From positions 5,055-69,054 of the forward strand of contig CAYPXA010000003.1 of the NCBI GenBank assembly GCA_964414985.1: a stretch of 64,000 nucleotides of DNA, given 5' to 3'. The notes under the pieces are model-generated. The model was given only the letters and a program-made list of their open reading frames with translations. It ran no database searches and was not told the DNA's origin. The position numbers and the translations under genes are program-made. The stretch is from an uncultured Methanosarcinales archaeon. GTDB taxonomy: Archaea; Nanobdellota; Nanobdellia; Woesearchaeales; JAGWAF01. Position 1 is the stretch's first letter; each line of letters opens with the position of its first letter. Shown here one piece after another: positions 37,340-47,093 of the stretch.

Positions 37340-38513
37340 CATACAGCAGGCCAGCGTAAAGGAGCTTAAGCCGATAGACGAGATAAAAGGCTCTCTTGCA
37401 CCCTCTGAAGAGGACAAGCTCATGAGGTCTGTCCTCAGCAACGACAAGGAGACAATTGAGGAGGGCAAGATAATAACAGAAGCGATAAACCAGGGCCTCA
37501 ACTCATTCACTCCAGACCTTGCTTTTGAAAATCTTGTAAACAACTATTCTATTGCAAAAAACATATACGGAGAAACTCTCATAAGGCTTCTTTCATCATA
37601 CAATCCGTCTTTTGTTGCAAAAAACCTGGGCATACCTGAATTCAGGAGGGAGCTCAAGCAGAAGCTGCAGGAAAACATAGACAAGCTGAAGGACAAGGGA
37701 ATTCTTAACAGCGACGGCACAATATCTGAAAAAGGGCTTGCGCTTGCCTCGCTTGTGATGTACACAGAGGAGCTTAACCACATAATGCCCAAGGGAATTC
37801 TTGGCACAAAGGTGCACAAGAAGGCATCGCATTACGGAGACAAGGAAAACATAAGGGCTTACAAAAAGCAGGACAGATATAGGGACATTGCGATAAAAAG
37901 CGCAGTAAGGCTTGCAATAAGAAGAGGCCACAGGGAGCTTTCTGAAGACGACCTGCGCACATTTGAAAGGCAGAGCAAGGGCTCGGTCTATGTTGTTTAT
38001 GGAATTGATGCGTCAGGAAGCATGAAGGGAAAAAAGATTGAGGTTGCAAAAAAGGCAGGCATTGCGCTTGCATACAAGGCAATCTCATCCAAGGACAAGG
38101 TAGGGCTTGTTGTTTTTGGGACAGACATAAAGGATTCAGTCGAGCCTACGCTTGACTTCAGCTACCTGCTGAAAAAGATAGTTTCAATAAGGGCGTCAAT
38201 GCAGACAGACTTCAAGGCAATGCTTGAAAAGGCTATTGAGATGTTTCCTTCAGAAAAGGTCACAAAGCACCTAATCATACTTACAGACGCAATGCCCACA
38301 GTCGGAGACAGGCCTGAAGACGAAGCAATGGAGTCTGTGTCAAGGGCAAGAAGCCACGGCATAACAATCTCAATAGTGGGCATAAACCTTTCAAAAGAGG
38401 GAAAAGAGCTAAGCCAGAAGATTGTCCAGCTCGGAGACGGCAGGCTCTATGTCGTAAAAAGCCTTGAGAACCTTGACAGGATTATTCTTGAGGACTATTA
38501 TTCTGTTGCTTGA
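37296..38513 (+). CDS. vWA-domain protein (ChlD-like partner of the AAA+ ATPase)
   Basis: C-terminal vWA with MIDAS VVYGIDASGSMKG...LTDAMPT. The true start may be a downstream GTG/ATG because the track ORF overlaps the upstream gene by 44 nt. Confidence 0.65.
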   Translation: MLKSTKNLKAVVAGDIQQASVKELKPIDEIKGSLAPSEEDKLMRSVLSNDKETIEEGKIITEAINQGLNSFTPDLAFENLVNNYSIAKNIYGETLIRLLSSYNPSFVAKNLGIPEFRRELKQKLQENIDKLKDKGILNSDGTISEKGLALASLVMYTEELNHIMPKGILGTKVHKKASHYGDKENIRAYKKQDRYRDIAIKSAVRLAIRRGHRELSEDDLRTFERQSKGSVYVVYGIDASGSMKGKKIEVAKKAGIALAYKAISSKDKVGLVVFGTDIKDSVEPTLDFSYLLKKIVSIRASMQTDFKAMLEKAIEMFPSEKVTKHLIILTDAMPTVGDRPEDEAMESVSRARSHGITISIVGINLSKEGKELSQKIVQLGDGRLYVVKSLENLDRIILEDYYSVA

Positions 38514-39378
38514 GCACAATCCTGCTTTCTTCCCTGCAGGGCATAGGGTAAGAATCCGGGAACTTATGGTGGAGCACAACATTCTGAATCTCATAGAACC
38601 TGTCTTCAGAAATCTTCCAGAATCTAAGCAGCCTTTCCTGAACGCAGTTTTCAGCTTCAAACTCTTTTCCAGAAAAATTATTGGACAGCAAGCCTTCCTG
38701 CAGGAGGCCTGATTCAAGCAGCTTTCCGTAGTGCCTGAACATATCCCTTTCCCATTCTTTATATACTTTTTTCTCTCCTGAAGTTGGTTTTTTTGCTGAC
38801 TTGAACAGAAGAGACTGCTCGTCATTAAGCGAGTATGTTTCTGAAAGAAGCAATGCAATCTTCTTTTCCTGCTCTGTGTTCAGGCCTGGTGCAGAAAGAA
38901 CTATATTCACAATTTCATATTCCAGATTTCCTATCTTTAAAATCCTGGGAGAGTATCCTGTGCTTTTGATATTTACCCCTTTTCTTTTGTATTTCATGCA
39001 CAATTCAAGCACTTCATGAGAATTTGTCCTTGCTGAAAGAAAAGATTCCATTTCTGCGCTTATCACCCTCTGCACATCAAAAAAGTCAGGGTTTTCAAAG
39101 CAAAACTTTGCTTCAGGATTTGAATTGCCGAAATATTCAGGGCAGGATATCAGATTGCCGCTTTCGTCTTCAATGTGCGCGCCAAACACCATCCCATTTC
39201 CTTTTTCATTGTTGAACAAGAGGCCTACAAGCCCGTTCATCCTGCACACTGCTGACTCTTTCTTCATTACAAGCGCTTCTTCACAGTCCTTTTCCACAAT
39301 GTACCCTATCTTTGGAAGCTCCTGCTTCATCCAGCTTGAATAGAATTCCTGCTCCTTCCTGATTTCTTCTTTGTCCAT
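38482..39378 (-). CDS. Hypothetical protein (298 aa), convergent and overlapping vWA gene 3' end
   Basis: Long ORF with several Cys and His. No recognisable family. Confidence 0.4.
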   Translation of the reverse strand: MDKEEIRKEQEFYSSWMKQELPKIGYIVEKDCEEALVMKKESAVCRMNGLVGLLFNNEKGNGMVFGAHIEDESGNLISCPEYFGNSNPEAKFCFENPDFFDVQRVISAEMESFLSARTNSHEVLELCMKYKRKGVNIKSTGYSPRILKIGNLEYEIVNIVLSAPGLNTEQEKKIALLLSETYSLNDEQSLLFKSAKKPTSGEKKVYKEWERDMFRHYGKLLESGLLQEGLLSNNFSGKEFEAENCVQERLLRFWKISEDRFYEIQNVVLHHKFPDSYPMPCREESRIVLKQQNNSPQE

Positions 39379-39501
39379 GCCGCTTCACTCACTAAATTAT
39401 GCAATGCTTATGCACAGTTTATGCACTGCTTTATCACTGGGAATTTAAAAAGGTGAGGGATTCCCCATATATTTATAAATGAACTTCAATAATTCATTGT
39501 T

Positions 39502-40104
39502 ATGAAAATACTTGCATTGGTTGACATGCACGGAAGCTTAAGGGCGCTGAAAAAAGCTGAAGCGCTTGCACATGACAAGAAGCCTGACGCAATAGTCTGC
39601 GCAGGAGACATCTCCATCTTTGAGCAGCACCTTGAGCAGATGCTTGCAGGGCTTGCAAAGCTGAAGATTCCAGTCATTATTGTGCATGGCAATCATGAGT
39701 CTGAAAAGTCAATGAGGCTTGCATGCTCAAAGCACAAGAACCTTTTTTTCATACACAGAAAAACATTTAATTTCAACGGAGTGCTTTTCATAGGATGGGG
39801 AGGCGGCGGATTCTCGACAAGGGACAGGGAGTTTGAGAAAATATCGCCTCTGCTCGAGGAAAAGATGAAGGGCTATGAAAAAGCAGTATTTGTAACGCAT
39901 GCACCTCCTTACAAGACCAATCTTGACAAGATACTTGAAGAGGACTGCGGAAGCAGGTCATTCAGGAATTTCATTAAGAAGAATTCAGGAAAGATAAAGG
40001 CTGCAGTTTCAGGCCATCTCCACGAGAATTCAGGAAAGGAGGACCATATTGGGGATACAAGAGTTTTGAACCCAGGGCCTTTCGGAAAAATAATCACAAT
40101 CTAA
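39502..40104 (+). CDS. Calcineurin-like metallophosphoesterase
   Basis: Motifs LALVDMHGS, GDIS and HGNHE (phosphoesterase signature). Confidence 0.75.
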   Translation: MKILALVDMHGSLRALKKAEALAHDKKPDAIVCAGDISIFEQHLEQMLAGLAKLKIPVIIVHGNHESEKSMRLACSKHKNLFFIHRKTFNFNGVLFIGWGGGGFSTRDREFEKISPLLEEKMKGYEKAVFVTHAPPYKTNLDKILEEDCGSRSFRNFIKKNSGKIKAAVSGHLHENSGKEDHIGDTRVLNPGPFGKIITI

Positions 40105-40122
40105 AAATCAAAGGCGATTCTA

Positions 40123-41676
40123 ATGATGCTTTCAAACGCAATAAAAAACAAGGAGCTTGCTTCTGAAGAGGAATGGTCTTCATACATAGGCAGCCTCAAG
40201 GCTGCAGGAAAGCCTGAAAAGGATGGGCTCAAAGAAGCGCTTGTTCTGGCAGTTGAAAAGAGAATCCCAAAAAAGAGGTTCGGCATACTTTTTTCAGGCG
40301 GAGTAGACTCATCATTTATTGCGCTTCTGTGCAGCAGGGCAAAGGCTGATTTTGCATGCTATGCTGTAGGCCTTGAAGGCTCTGCAGACATTGAATCTGC
40401 AAAGAGGGCTGCAAAGCTCATGAAGCTGGACCTTAAGGCAAAGATTTTGACAATGAAAGAGGCAGAGTCTGCAATTAAAAAAGTGACAGAAATAGTAGGC
40501 CCTGATGTCATGAAAGTTGGTGTAGGCGCAGTAATCTATGAGGCTGCAAAGCTCGCAAAAAAAGACGGCATTGAAATAGTGTTTTCAGGGCTTGGCTCTG
40601 AAGAGGTATTTGCAGGATACGAAAGGCATGTAAAATCAAAGGACATAAATGACGAATGCTGGAATGGGCTTAAGGCAATGCACCAGCGCGATTTTACAAG
40701 GGATTATGCTATTGCTGAAGAGCTGGGCGCTGAAATAATGACTCCTTTTCTTGACAAGGATGTTATCATTCAAGGAATGCAGGTGCCTGCACACAAAAAA
40801 ATCAAGGGAAGCAACAAGAAGCTGATACTAAGAGAGATTGCAGAGGAAATGGGGCTTCCAAAGGAGATTGCATGGAGGCAGAAAAAGGCTGCGCAGTACG
40901 GCTCAAGGATACAGAAGGCAATGAAATCACTTGCATCAAATGCAGGATTCAATAGGATAACAGAATACCTCATGCAGTTCTACAAGCCGAGAAATATGAA
41001 GCTGGGCGCGCTTGTAAGCTCGGGAAAAGACAGCATCTATGCAATGTACACAATGATGAAAAGAAACTATGAGATAGGCTGCATGATAACAATGAAAAGC
41101 ATTAATCCTGACTCTTACATGTTCCACTCTGCTGCTGTCGAGATGGCAGCGCTTCAGGCAAAGGCAGCAGGCATACCAATAATAGAAGTTGAGACTAAAG
41201 GCGAGAAGGAGGAAGAGCTTGCAGACCTGAAAAATGCGCTTGAAATGGCGCAGAAACAGCACGGCATAAAAGGAATTGTGAGCGGAGCGCTGTACTCAAG
41301 CTATCAGAAAGAAAGGGTTGATAGGATTGCGGAATCTTTAGAACTCAAGTCGTTTGCGCCTTTGTGGCACATTGACCAGGAAAAGCTTTTGAAGGACATA
41401 ATCAGCACAGGATTTGAGTTTATGCTCACCAAGATTGCTGCAGAAGGCCTTGACAAGTCTTGGCTCAACAGGGAGATTACTGAAAAGGATGTTGACAGGC
41501 TTGTGCTCCTCAACAAGAAAGTCGGGCTTAACATTGCATTTGAAGGAGGAGAGGCAGAGTCTTTGATGGTTTCAGGCCCAATCTTCAAAAAGAGGATAAA
41601 AATCATCGAGTCTGAAATCGACGAGGAAAGCCCTATTCTTGCAACACTCAAGATAAAAAAGGCAGAGCTTGTTTAG
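40123..41676 (+). CDS. Fusion of an asparagine-synthetase-like PP-loop domain (no glutaminase domain) with a Dph6/MJ0570-like diphthine-ammonia ligase-type PP-loop domain
   Basis: N-terminal half FGILFSGGVDSSFIALL...VFSGLGSEEVFAGYERH (AsnB C-domain). C-terminal half LGALVSSGKDSIYAMY...GIVSGALYSSYQKERV...FAPLWHIDQEKLL (alpha-ANH Dph6-like). Confidence 0.6.
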   Translation: MMLSNAIKNKELASEEEWSSYIGSLKAAGKPEKDGLKEALVLAVEKRIPKKRFGILFSGGVDSSFIALLCSRAKADFACYAVGLEGSADIESAKRAAKLMKLDLKAKILTMKEAESAIKKVTEIVGPDVMKVGVGAVIYEAAKLAKKDGIEIVFSGLGSEEVFAGYERHVKSKDINDECWNGLKAMHQRDFTRDYAIAEELGAEIMTPFLDKDVIIQGMQVPAHKKIKGSNKKLILREIAEEMGLPKEIAWRQKKAAQYGSRIQKAMKSLASNAGFNRITEYLMQFYKPRNMKLGALVSSGKDSIYAMYTMMKRNYEIGCMITMKSINPDSYMFHSAAVEMAALQAKAAGIPIIEVETKGEKEEELADLKNALEMAQKQHGIKGIVSGALYSSYQKERVDRIAESLELKSFAPLWHIDQEKLLKDIISTGFEFMLTKIAAEGLDKSWLNREITEKDVDRLVLLNKKVGLNIAFEGGEAESLMVSGPIFKKRIKIIESEIDEESPILATLKIKKAELV

Positions 41677-41681
41677 GGCTG

Positions 41682-41776
41682 CATTGCCGCCCAGCGCAGT
41701 ACTTCTTGTTTGACATTGCTCGAAAGGTGACTCCTGAACAGAAGCAGTCCAATAGTCGACACGGAGCGCGGCAATG
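41682..41776 (-). repeat. Family-A element copy A8 (reverse orientation)
   Basis: CATTGCCGCCCAGCGCAGTACTTC...GGTGACTCCTGAACAGAAGC...GCGCGGCAATG. Confidence 0.8.
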
Positions 41777-41795
41777 CTTAACAATCAGTTTACTT

Positions 41796-41913
41796 TTGCC
41801 TTGCTCCAAAACTCCATTTGTTGTTTCTGATAGTTCTGCGTTCCCGTAGGGAGCATCCCCTCGCAACGAACAAGATGTTTAGAATTATTGAGTTTGGGCC
41901 TTAAGCAAGGCAA
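41796..41913 (+). repeat. Family-B element copy B2
   Basis: TTGCCTTGCTCCAAAACTCC...CCCGTAGGGAGCATCCCCTCGC...GGGCCTTAAGCAAGGCAA. It is the reverse complement of B1. Confidence 0.75.
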
Positions 41914-41957
41914 TTTCTGCACTGAACTCGAGCAATGCTGCTGCTTAATTTGCATTA

Positions 41958-42905
41958 TCAGAACTTCATAATCCTTTTCTTTGTGTCCTTCTTCATCATC
42001 AGGACAACCCTGGATTCAGGCTGCTCGTCAATAATCTTGTATTTGCAGAACTTTGAAATTTCCTTTGAGAACTCAACAACATCATGGTGGTAGGGCATGT
42101 TTGCTTTTTCAAGCCTCTGCCTTGACGCACCTACAAACATGTATGCCTTGACCTCGACAAAATTAGGGTCTGCCTTTTCTATCAGCTTTGCATATTCTTC
42201 AGGAAACTCCATATTTATATTTTTTACAAGTGTTATCCTTATTGCAGTCCTTGTCTTTTTCTTCAGCTTTTTGAGCACTTCAAGAGACTTGTTGAGCCTT
42301 TCCCACGCATCCTTGAGGCTGGGCCTGTCAACCTTGATGAGAATCTCTTTTGTGGGTGCATCAACTGAAAGATAAAGCTGGGTTGGAGGCTCTAGCTTTT
42401 CAAGCACTTCAGGAAGCATTCCGTTTGTAACAACAAAAGTGGACTTTTTCCTCTTGTGAAGAAGGCTTATCAGCTCGTTGAGCTTGGGGTAGATTGTAGG
42501 CTCTCCGGAAAGCGAGATTGCATAATGCATCGGCTCCCATGCCTCTTTCAGCTTTTTCATGTTTACTTTTGGGTTTCCCCCAAATCCTGAAAGAAGCTTT
42601 TTCTGCTGGCCTGCACAGTTTTCAATAATCATTTCAGGGTCATCAACATCGCCTTCCATCTTAAGGCCGATTGTGTGCTCCACAGGCCTCCAGCAGATTA
42701 CGCAATGGTTCTGGCAGAATCCTATTGAAGGAGTCATCTGGCAGCATCTGTGGCATCTTATGCCATAAAACTTTTCCTTGTAGCAGACTCCCTCATCGCA
42801 CAGCGACTTTTTAGTCCAGGTGCATATTTTCACTGCAGAATGCTCTCCTATAAAGCCATACTGCTGCTTTTCAAGAAGGCTTTTCAGCTCTTTGGGAATC
42901 TTCAT
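41958..42905 (-). CDS. taw1: tRNA 4-demethylwyosine synthase (radical SAM, Taw1/TYW1)
   Basis: Radical-SAM cluster motif CQNHCVICWRP. Additional N-terminal Cys cluster. Size and architecture match archaeal Taw1. Confidence 0.75.
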   Translation of the reverse strand: MKIPKELKSLLEKQQYGFIGEHSAVKICTWTKKSLCDEGVCYKEKFYGIRCHRCCQMTPSIGFCQNHCVICWRPVEHTIGLKMEGDVDDPEMIIENCAGQQKKLLSGFGGNPKVNMKKLKEAWEPMHYAISLSGEPTIYPKLNELISLLHKRKKSTFVVTNGMLPEVLEKLEPPTQLYLSVDAPTKEILIKVDRPSLKDAWERLNKSLEVLKKLKKKTRTAIRITLVKNINMEFPEEYAKLIEKADPNFVEVKAYMFVGASRQRLEKANMPYHHDVVEFSKEISKFCKYKIIDEQPESRVVLMMKKDTKKRIMKF

Positions 42906-42959
42906 AGTATAAAAAGAAGAATCATAAGATATATAAAGATTAGCTGTTTCTTCCAGCCC

Positions 42960-43460
42960 ATGAAACTGGACGATGTTCTTGCAAATCTGGAATCACACCA
43001 GGAGTTTGCAGACTGGAAAAAGAAGAACAGTTCATGCTACCTTGCGCACGCATTCCTTATGATGGACAAGGCAAATGAGAACACCTGGCAGGTAGGCTAC
43101 TATAATCCTAAAACAGACATGATGACTACATTTATACTTGAAGGAGACAAGCTCCAGATATCTCCTGAAATGAACATATTCAAGAGGCCAGGCTGCACAG
43201 TTGACGCGCTTGACCCAAAAAAGGTGAAGATAGGCTCTGTTCAGGCAATAGAGTGTGCAGAGCAGGTAGTGTCTGAAAACTACCCTAAGATAAGCCCGAT
43301 AAAAATGTTTTTCATAATCCAGAATGTCAAGGATGAGGGCCACATTTATAATGTCACTTTTATTACACAGGATTTTCAGGCAGCAAACATAAGGATTTCA
43401 ACAGAGACAGGCAAAGTATTGTGCCACAAGATTGAAAAAATACTTGACTTTAAAAAATAG
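42960..43460 (+). CDS. Hypothetical protein (167 aa; start revised to ATG 42960 to avoid antisense overlap with taw1)
   Basis: In-frame internal ATG (MKLDDVLANLESHQEF...). No family recognised. Confidence 0.4.
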   Translation: MKLDDVLANLESHQEFADWKKKNSSCYLAHAFLMMDKANENTWQVGYYNPKTDMMTTFILEGDKLQISPEMNIFKRPGCTVDALDPKKVKIGSVQAIECAEQVVSENYPKISPIKMFFIIQNVKDEGHIYNVTFITQDFQAANIRISTETGKVLCHKIEKILDFKK

Positions 43461-43493
43461 GTCAGATTATAATCCAAAACAGGGGGTCTTATC

Positions 43494-43919
43494 ATGGAAA
43501 TTAAAGTAAAAAGGCTTGACAAGGAAATAGAGCTTCCAGCTTTTGCGCATGCGCACGACGCAGCAATCGACTTGAGGTCTGCTGAAGACGGAATTATGCA
43601 GCCGATGGAAAAGAAGGTCTTTAAGACAGGGCTGGCTTTTGCAATCCCTCAAGGATATGCAGGGCTTATCTGGGACAGGTCAGGCCTTGCTGCAAAAAAC
43701 TCAATAAAGACAATGGCTGGAGTAATTGATGCAGGCTACAGGGGCGAAGTGGGAGTTGTCCTTATCAATCTCGGAAAAGAGGCTTTCAAAGTCGAGAGGG
43801 GCATGAGGATTGCTCAGATGCTTTTCCATCCCATACTTAATGCAAGCCTTCATGAAACTGAAGAGCTTGACGATACAGAAAGGGGCGCAGGCGGGTTCGG
43901 CTCTACTGGAACGCGCTAG
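43494..43919 (+). CDS. dut: dUTP diphosphatase (dUTPase/dCTP-deaminase superfamily)
   Basis: Motifs AAIDLRS and GVIDAGYRGEVGVVLIN. C-terminal GGFGSTG. Confidence 0.8.
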   Translation: MEIKVKRLDKEIELPAFAHAHDAAIDLRSAEDGIMQPMEKKVFKTGLAFAIPQGYAGLIWDRSGLAAKNSIKTMAGVIDAGYRGEVGVVLINLGKEAFKVERGMRIAQMLFHPILNASLHETEELDDTERGAGGFGSTGTR

Positions 43920-44605
43920 AATCTGATTTTTTCTTTTACCAGTTTTATTATTTTTTTGCCTATTTCTTCCTTTGCCATAATAGCATTGCCCTTCATGCAT
44001 TCAACCTTGACCCAGTCAGGGTGCACTTCAAGAAGGTGCAGGTATGCCTCGCTTGCATTTTTCAAGTGCCCAAGGTCTTCTTCGTGCAAATCCTTTTTTT
44101 TGCCGTTTATGTATTCTCTCGAGCCTTTTTTATCTACAAGCTCCTGCCCTATTTCAGGAGGGACATAAAGAAATATTGTGATGTCAGGCTTTGGAATGCC
44201 AAAAATATCATATTCAAGGTGCTCAACCCACTTCCAGAACTTTTCCCTTTCAGCCCTTTCCTTTATTTTTCCGCCCTGATGGCCCATGTTGCTTTCAGCA
44301 TACCTGTTTGAAATGACAATCTTTCCCTGCTCAAGCCATTTTTTTATTTTAAAAGAAGCATCGTACCTGTCGCACGCAAAAAAAACAGAGCCCCTGTAAG
44401 GCCCGACTTCATCTGCTGTTCCATATTTTCCGTTAAGGTATTCTTCAGCCAATCCTGCAGACTTCCTGCCGTACTGCGGAAATTCAATAACCTCAACATC
44501 TTTTCCTGCTTTTCTCAGGTTTTCTGCAAGTATTTCTGTCTGCGTTGCCTTTCCGCTTCCGTCTGTTCCTGCAATAACAATAAGCTGGCCTTTCATTTTT
44601 ATCAC
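43916..44605 (-). CDS. tmk: Thymidylate kinase
   Basis: P-loop IVIAGTDGSGKATQ. DRY-like motif CDRYDAS. Lid region. Confidence 0.8.
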   Translation of the reverse strand: MIKMKGQLIVIAGTDGSGKATQTEILAENLRKAGKDVEVIEFPQYGRKSAGLAEEYLNGKYGTADEVGPYRGSVFFACDRYDASFKIKKWLEQGKIVISNRYAESNMGHQGGKIKERAEREKFWKWVEHLEYDIFGIPKPDITIFLYVPPEIGQELVDKKGSREYINGKKKDLHEEDLGHLKNASEAYLHLLEVHPDWVKVECMKGNAIMAKEEIGKKIIKLVKEKIRF

Positions 44606-45846
44606 TTTAATCTGGCTGATTTTTCACTATTTATACTTTGCGATTGGCAGTATATTCCCTTCCTTACTGCTGGAAACGCGCTTCCGACAGTGAATATCGA
44701 GCCTGTGACAAGCGCAAACCCTTTTTTTCCTGCCTTCAGCCTTGCATACTCAACTGCATCCTTCACATTCATTATTATTGTGGCTTTTTTCTTTTTTATG
44801 AACCTTGCAATGTCTTCAGGCATTGCAGCCCTTTCCATTTCAGGCCTTGTAATCACAACCTCTTTTGCAAGAGGCTCAAGATAACTGCATATTGACTTTA
44901 TGTCCTTGTCCTTCATTATGCCTATCACAAGAACAACATCCTTTATTTTCATCCTCTTTATTTCTGAAGCAAGCACTTCTGCGCTTCTGCTGTTGTGGCA
45001 GCAGTCAAAAATCAAATTTTCAGCTGCAAACTCAAGCCTGCCAGGCCATTCTGCAGACAAAAGGCCTTTTTCAACAGCACCACAGCTTATCTTAATCCCT
45101 TTTTTCCTGAGAACATTCACAGCCTCAACTGCTGCAGCTGCATTCCTCTGCTGAAACTCGCCTTTTAGCGAGATTTTGAATCGTTTCTTTTTTGCAGGAT
45201 AAACAATGCTTCCTTTTTTTTGAGCAGCTTTTTTTATCACACTTAGCCATGGCCCTTTTTCAGAAACAACAACCGGAACTCCAGGCTTGATTATGCCTGC
45301 CTTTTCAAAAGCTATCTTGTCTATTGTATCCCCCAGGTGCTCGACATGGTCCAAAGAAATGTTTGTTATGACAGAAACTTCAGGAGTTATTGCGTTTGTT
45401 GCATCAAGCCTTCCTCCAAGCCCGACTTCAACAACAGCAAAGTCAACCTTCTGCTCTGCAAAATACAGGAATGCAATTGCAGTAACAACTTCAAAATAAG
45501 TGTGCTTTCTTATGAGCGGCTTAATCCTTTCAACAAGAGATGCAAGATGCTTTTTGCCTATCATCCTGCCGCCAACAATAATCCTTTCCCTGAAATCAAC
45601 CAGGTGGGGGCTTGTGAACATGCCCACTTTAAATCCCTGCTCTGAAAGAATTGATGCAATGAATGCGCATACAGAGCCTTTTCCCTTTGTGCCTGCAATA
45701 TGGACAGACTTAAACTTTTTTTCAGGATTTCCAAGTTTTTCAAGAAGCTCTTTGATATTCTCAAGGCCGAGCTTCATCCCGAATTTCTCCCTGGAGTAGA
45801 TGTAATCCAGCGCTTCTTCATACCTCATTTTTTTGCCTCGCTGCAT
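44602..45846 (-). CDS. folC: Folylpolyglutamate synthase / dihydrofolate synthase (Mur-ligase family)
   Basis: Motifs HIAGTKGKGSV (P-loop) and TNISLDHVEHLG. Confidence 0.8.
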   Translation of the reverse strand: MQRGKKMRYEEALDYIYSREKFGMKLGLENIKELLEKLGNPEKKFKSVHIAGTKGKGSVCAFIASILSEQGFKVGMFTSPHLVDFRERIIVGGRMIGKKHLASLVERIKPLIRKHTYFEVVTAIAFLYFAEQKVDFAVVEVGLGGRLDATNAITPEVSVITNISLDHVEHLGDTIDKIAFEKAGIIKPGVPVVVSEKGPWLSVIKKAAQKKGSIVYPAKKKRFKISLKGEFQQRNAAAAVEAVNVLRKKGIKISCGAVEKGLLSAEWPGRLEFAAENLIFDCCHNSRSAEVLASEIKRMKIKDVVLVIGIMKDKDIKSICSYLEPLAKEVVITRPEMERAAMPEDIARFIKKKKATIIMNVKDAVEYARLKAGKKGFALVTGSIFTVGSAFPAVRKGIYCQSQSINSEKSARLK

Positions 45847-47093
45847 CAGTAGAAAACAAAATTCCTGCAGAGCTCTTTTACTTCCTGCCTTATCCTTGCA
45901 TGAAGCTCTGCATTGTCAATGTTTCCGAGAACTTTTGCAATCCACTCCCCAACCTGCTTCATTTCAGGCTCCTTCATCCCTCTTGTTGTTAGGGTTGGCG
46001 TGCCCATCCTTATTCCTGAAGGCTTGAATGGAGTGCTTGGGTCGAATGGAATCGTGTTTGCATTTGCAATAATGCCTGCGCTTTCAAGAGCAACAGCAGC
46101 CTGCTTTCCCATGCCTTCTTTTGCTATTCCCTTTGTCCTGATAAGGTCGATAAGAATCAGGTGGTTGTCAGTGCCGTTTGAGACAAGCTTAATCCCGTTT
46201 TCCATAAGAGTCTCTGCAAGCGCTTTTGCATTCCTTACAATCTGGCTTGAGTATTCCTTGAATTCAGGCTGCATTGCCTCCCTGAATGCAACTGCCTTTG
46301 CTGCAATCGTGTGCTCATGAGGCCCGCCCTGCAGTCCTGGAAAAACAGCCTTGTCAATCTGCTTTGCAAACTTTTCCTTGCAGAGTATAATCGCGCTCCT
46401 CGGCCCCCTCAATGTTTTGTGGGTTGTAGTTGTAACAACATCTGTAAATGGCAAAGGCGAAGGATGAACTCCTCCTGCAACAAGCCCTGCAATATGCGAT
46501 ATGTCTGCCATGCTTACCGCTCCAACAGACTCTGCAATGTCGTGGAACTCCTTAAAATCAATAGTCCTGGGATATGCTGTAAATCCGCTTAGAACTATTT
46601 TTGGCTTCTGCTGCTCTGCAATCTTCCTGACTTTGTCCATGTCAATAAGCTCAGTCTCCTTTTCAACTCCATACTCAATGAAATTGTAGTATTTTCCTGA
46701 AAAGTTGACAGGGCATCCATGAGTAAGGTGGCCTCCATGGCTCAAGTTCATACCCATTATTTTGTCCTTAAGCTCAAGAAGCGCAAAATAGACAGCCATG
46801 TTTGCAGGGCTGCCGGAGTTTGGCTGGACATTTGCATGCTCTGCATTAAACAGCTTTTTTGCCCTCTCAATCGCAAGAATCTCAATATCATCAACAAATG
46901 CGTTTCCCTGGTAATACCTTTTCTTGGGATAGCCTTCTGCATACTTGTTCATGAGCACAGAGCCTGCAGCCTCAAGAACTGCTTTGCTTGAATAATTCTC
47001 TGAAGGAATCATGTTAAGCTCATTCCTCTGCCTTTCAAGCTCATTTTCTATTATGCTGTGCACTTCAGGGTCATGCTCCTTGATAGGGCTCAT
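45846..47093 (-). CDS. glyA: Serine hydroxymethyltransferase
   Basis: Motifs [24 protein letters not shown] and PLP-site [13 protein letters not shown]. Confidence 0.9.
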   Translation of the reverse strand: MSPIKEHDPEVHSIIENELERQRNELNMIPSENYSSKAVLEAAGSVLMNKYAEGYPKKRYYQGNAFVDDIEILAIERAKKLFNAEHANVQPNSGSPANMAVYFALLELKDKIMGMNLSHGGHLTHGCPVNFSGKYYNFIEYGVEKETELIDMDKVRKIAEQQKPKIVLSGFTAYPRTIDFKEFHDIAESVGAVSMADISHIAGLVAGGVHPSPLPFTDVVTTTTHKTLRGPRSAIILCKEKFAKQIDKAVFPGLQGGPHEHTIAAKAVAFREAMQPEFKEYSSQIVRNAKALAETLMENGIKLVSNGTDNHLILIDLIRTKGIAKEGMGKQAAVALESAGIIANANTIPFDPSTPFKPSGIRMGTPTLTTRGMKEPEMKQVGEWIAKVLGNIDNAELHARIRQEVKELCRNFVFY

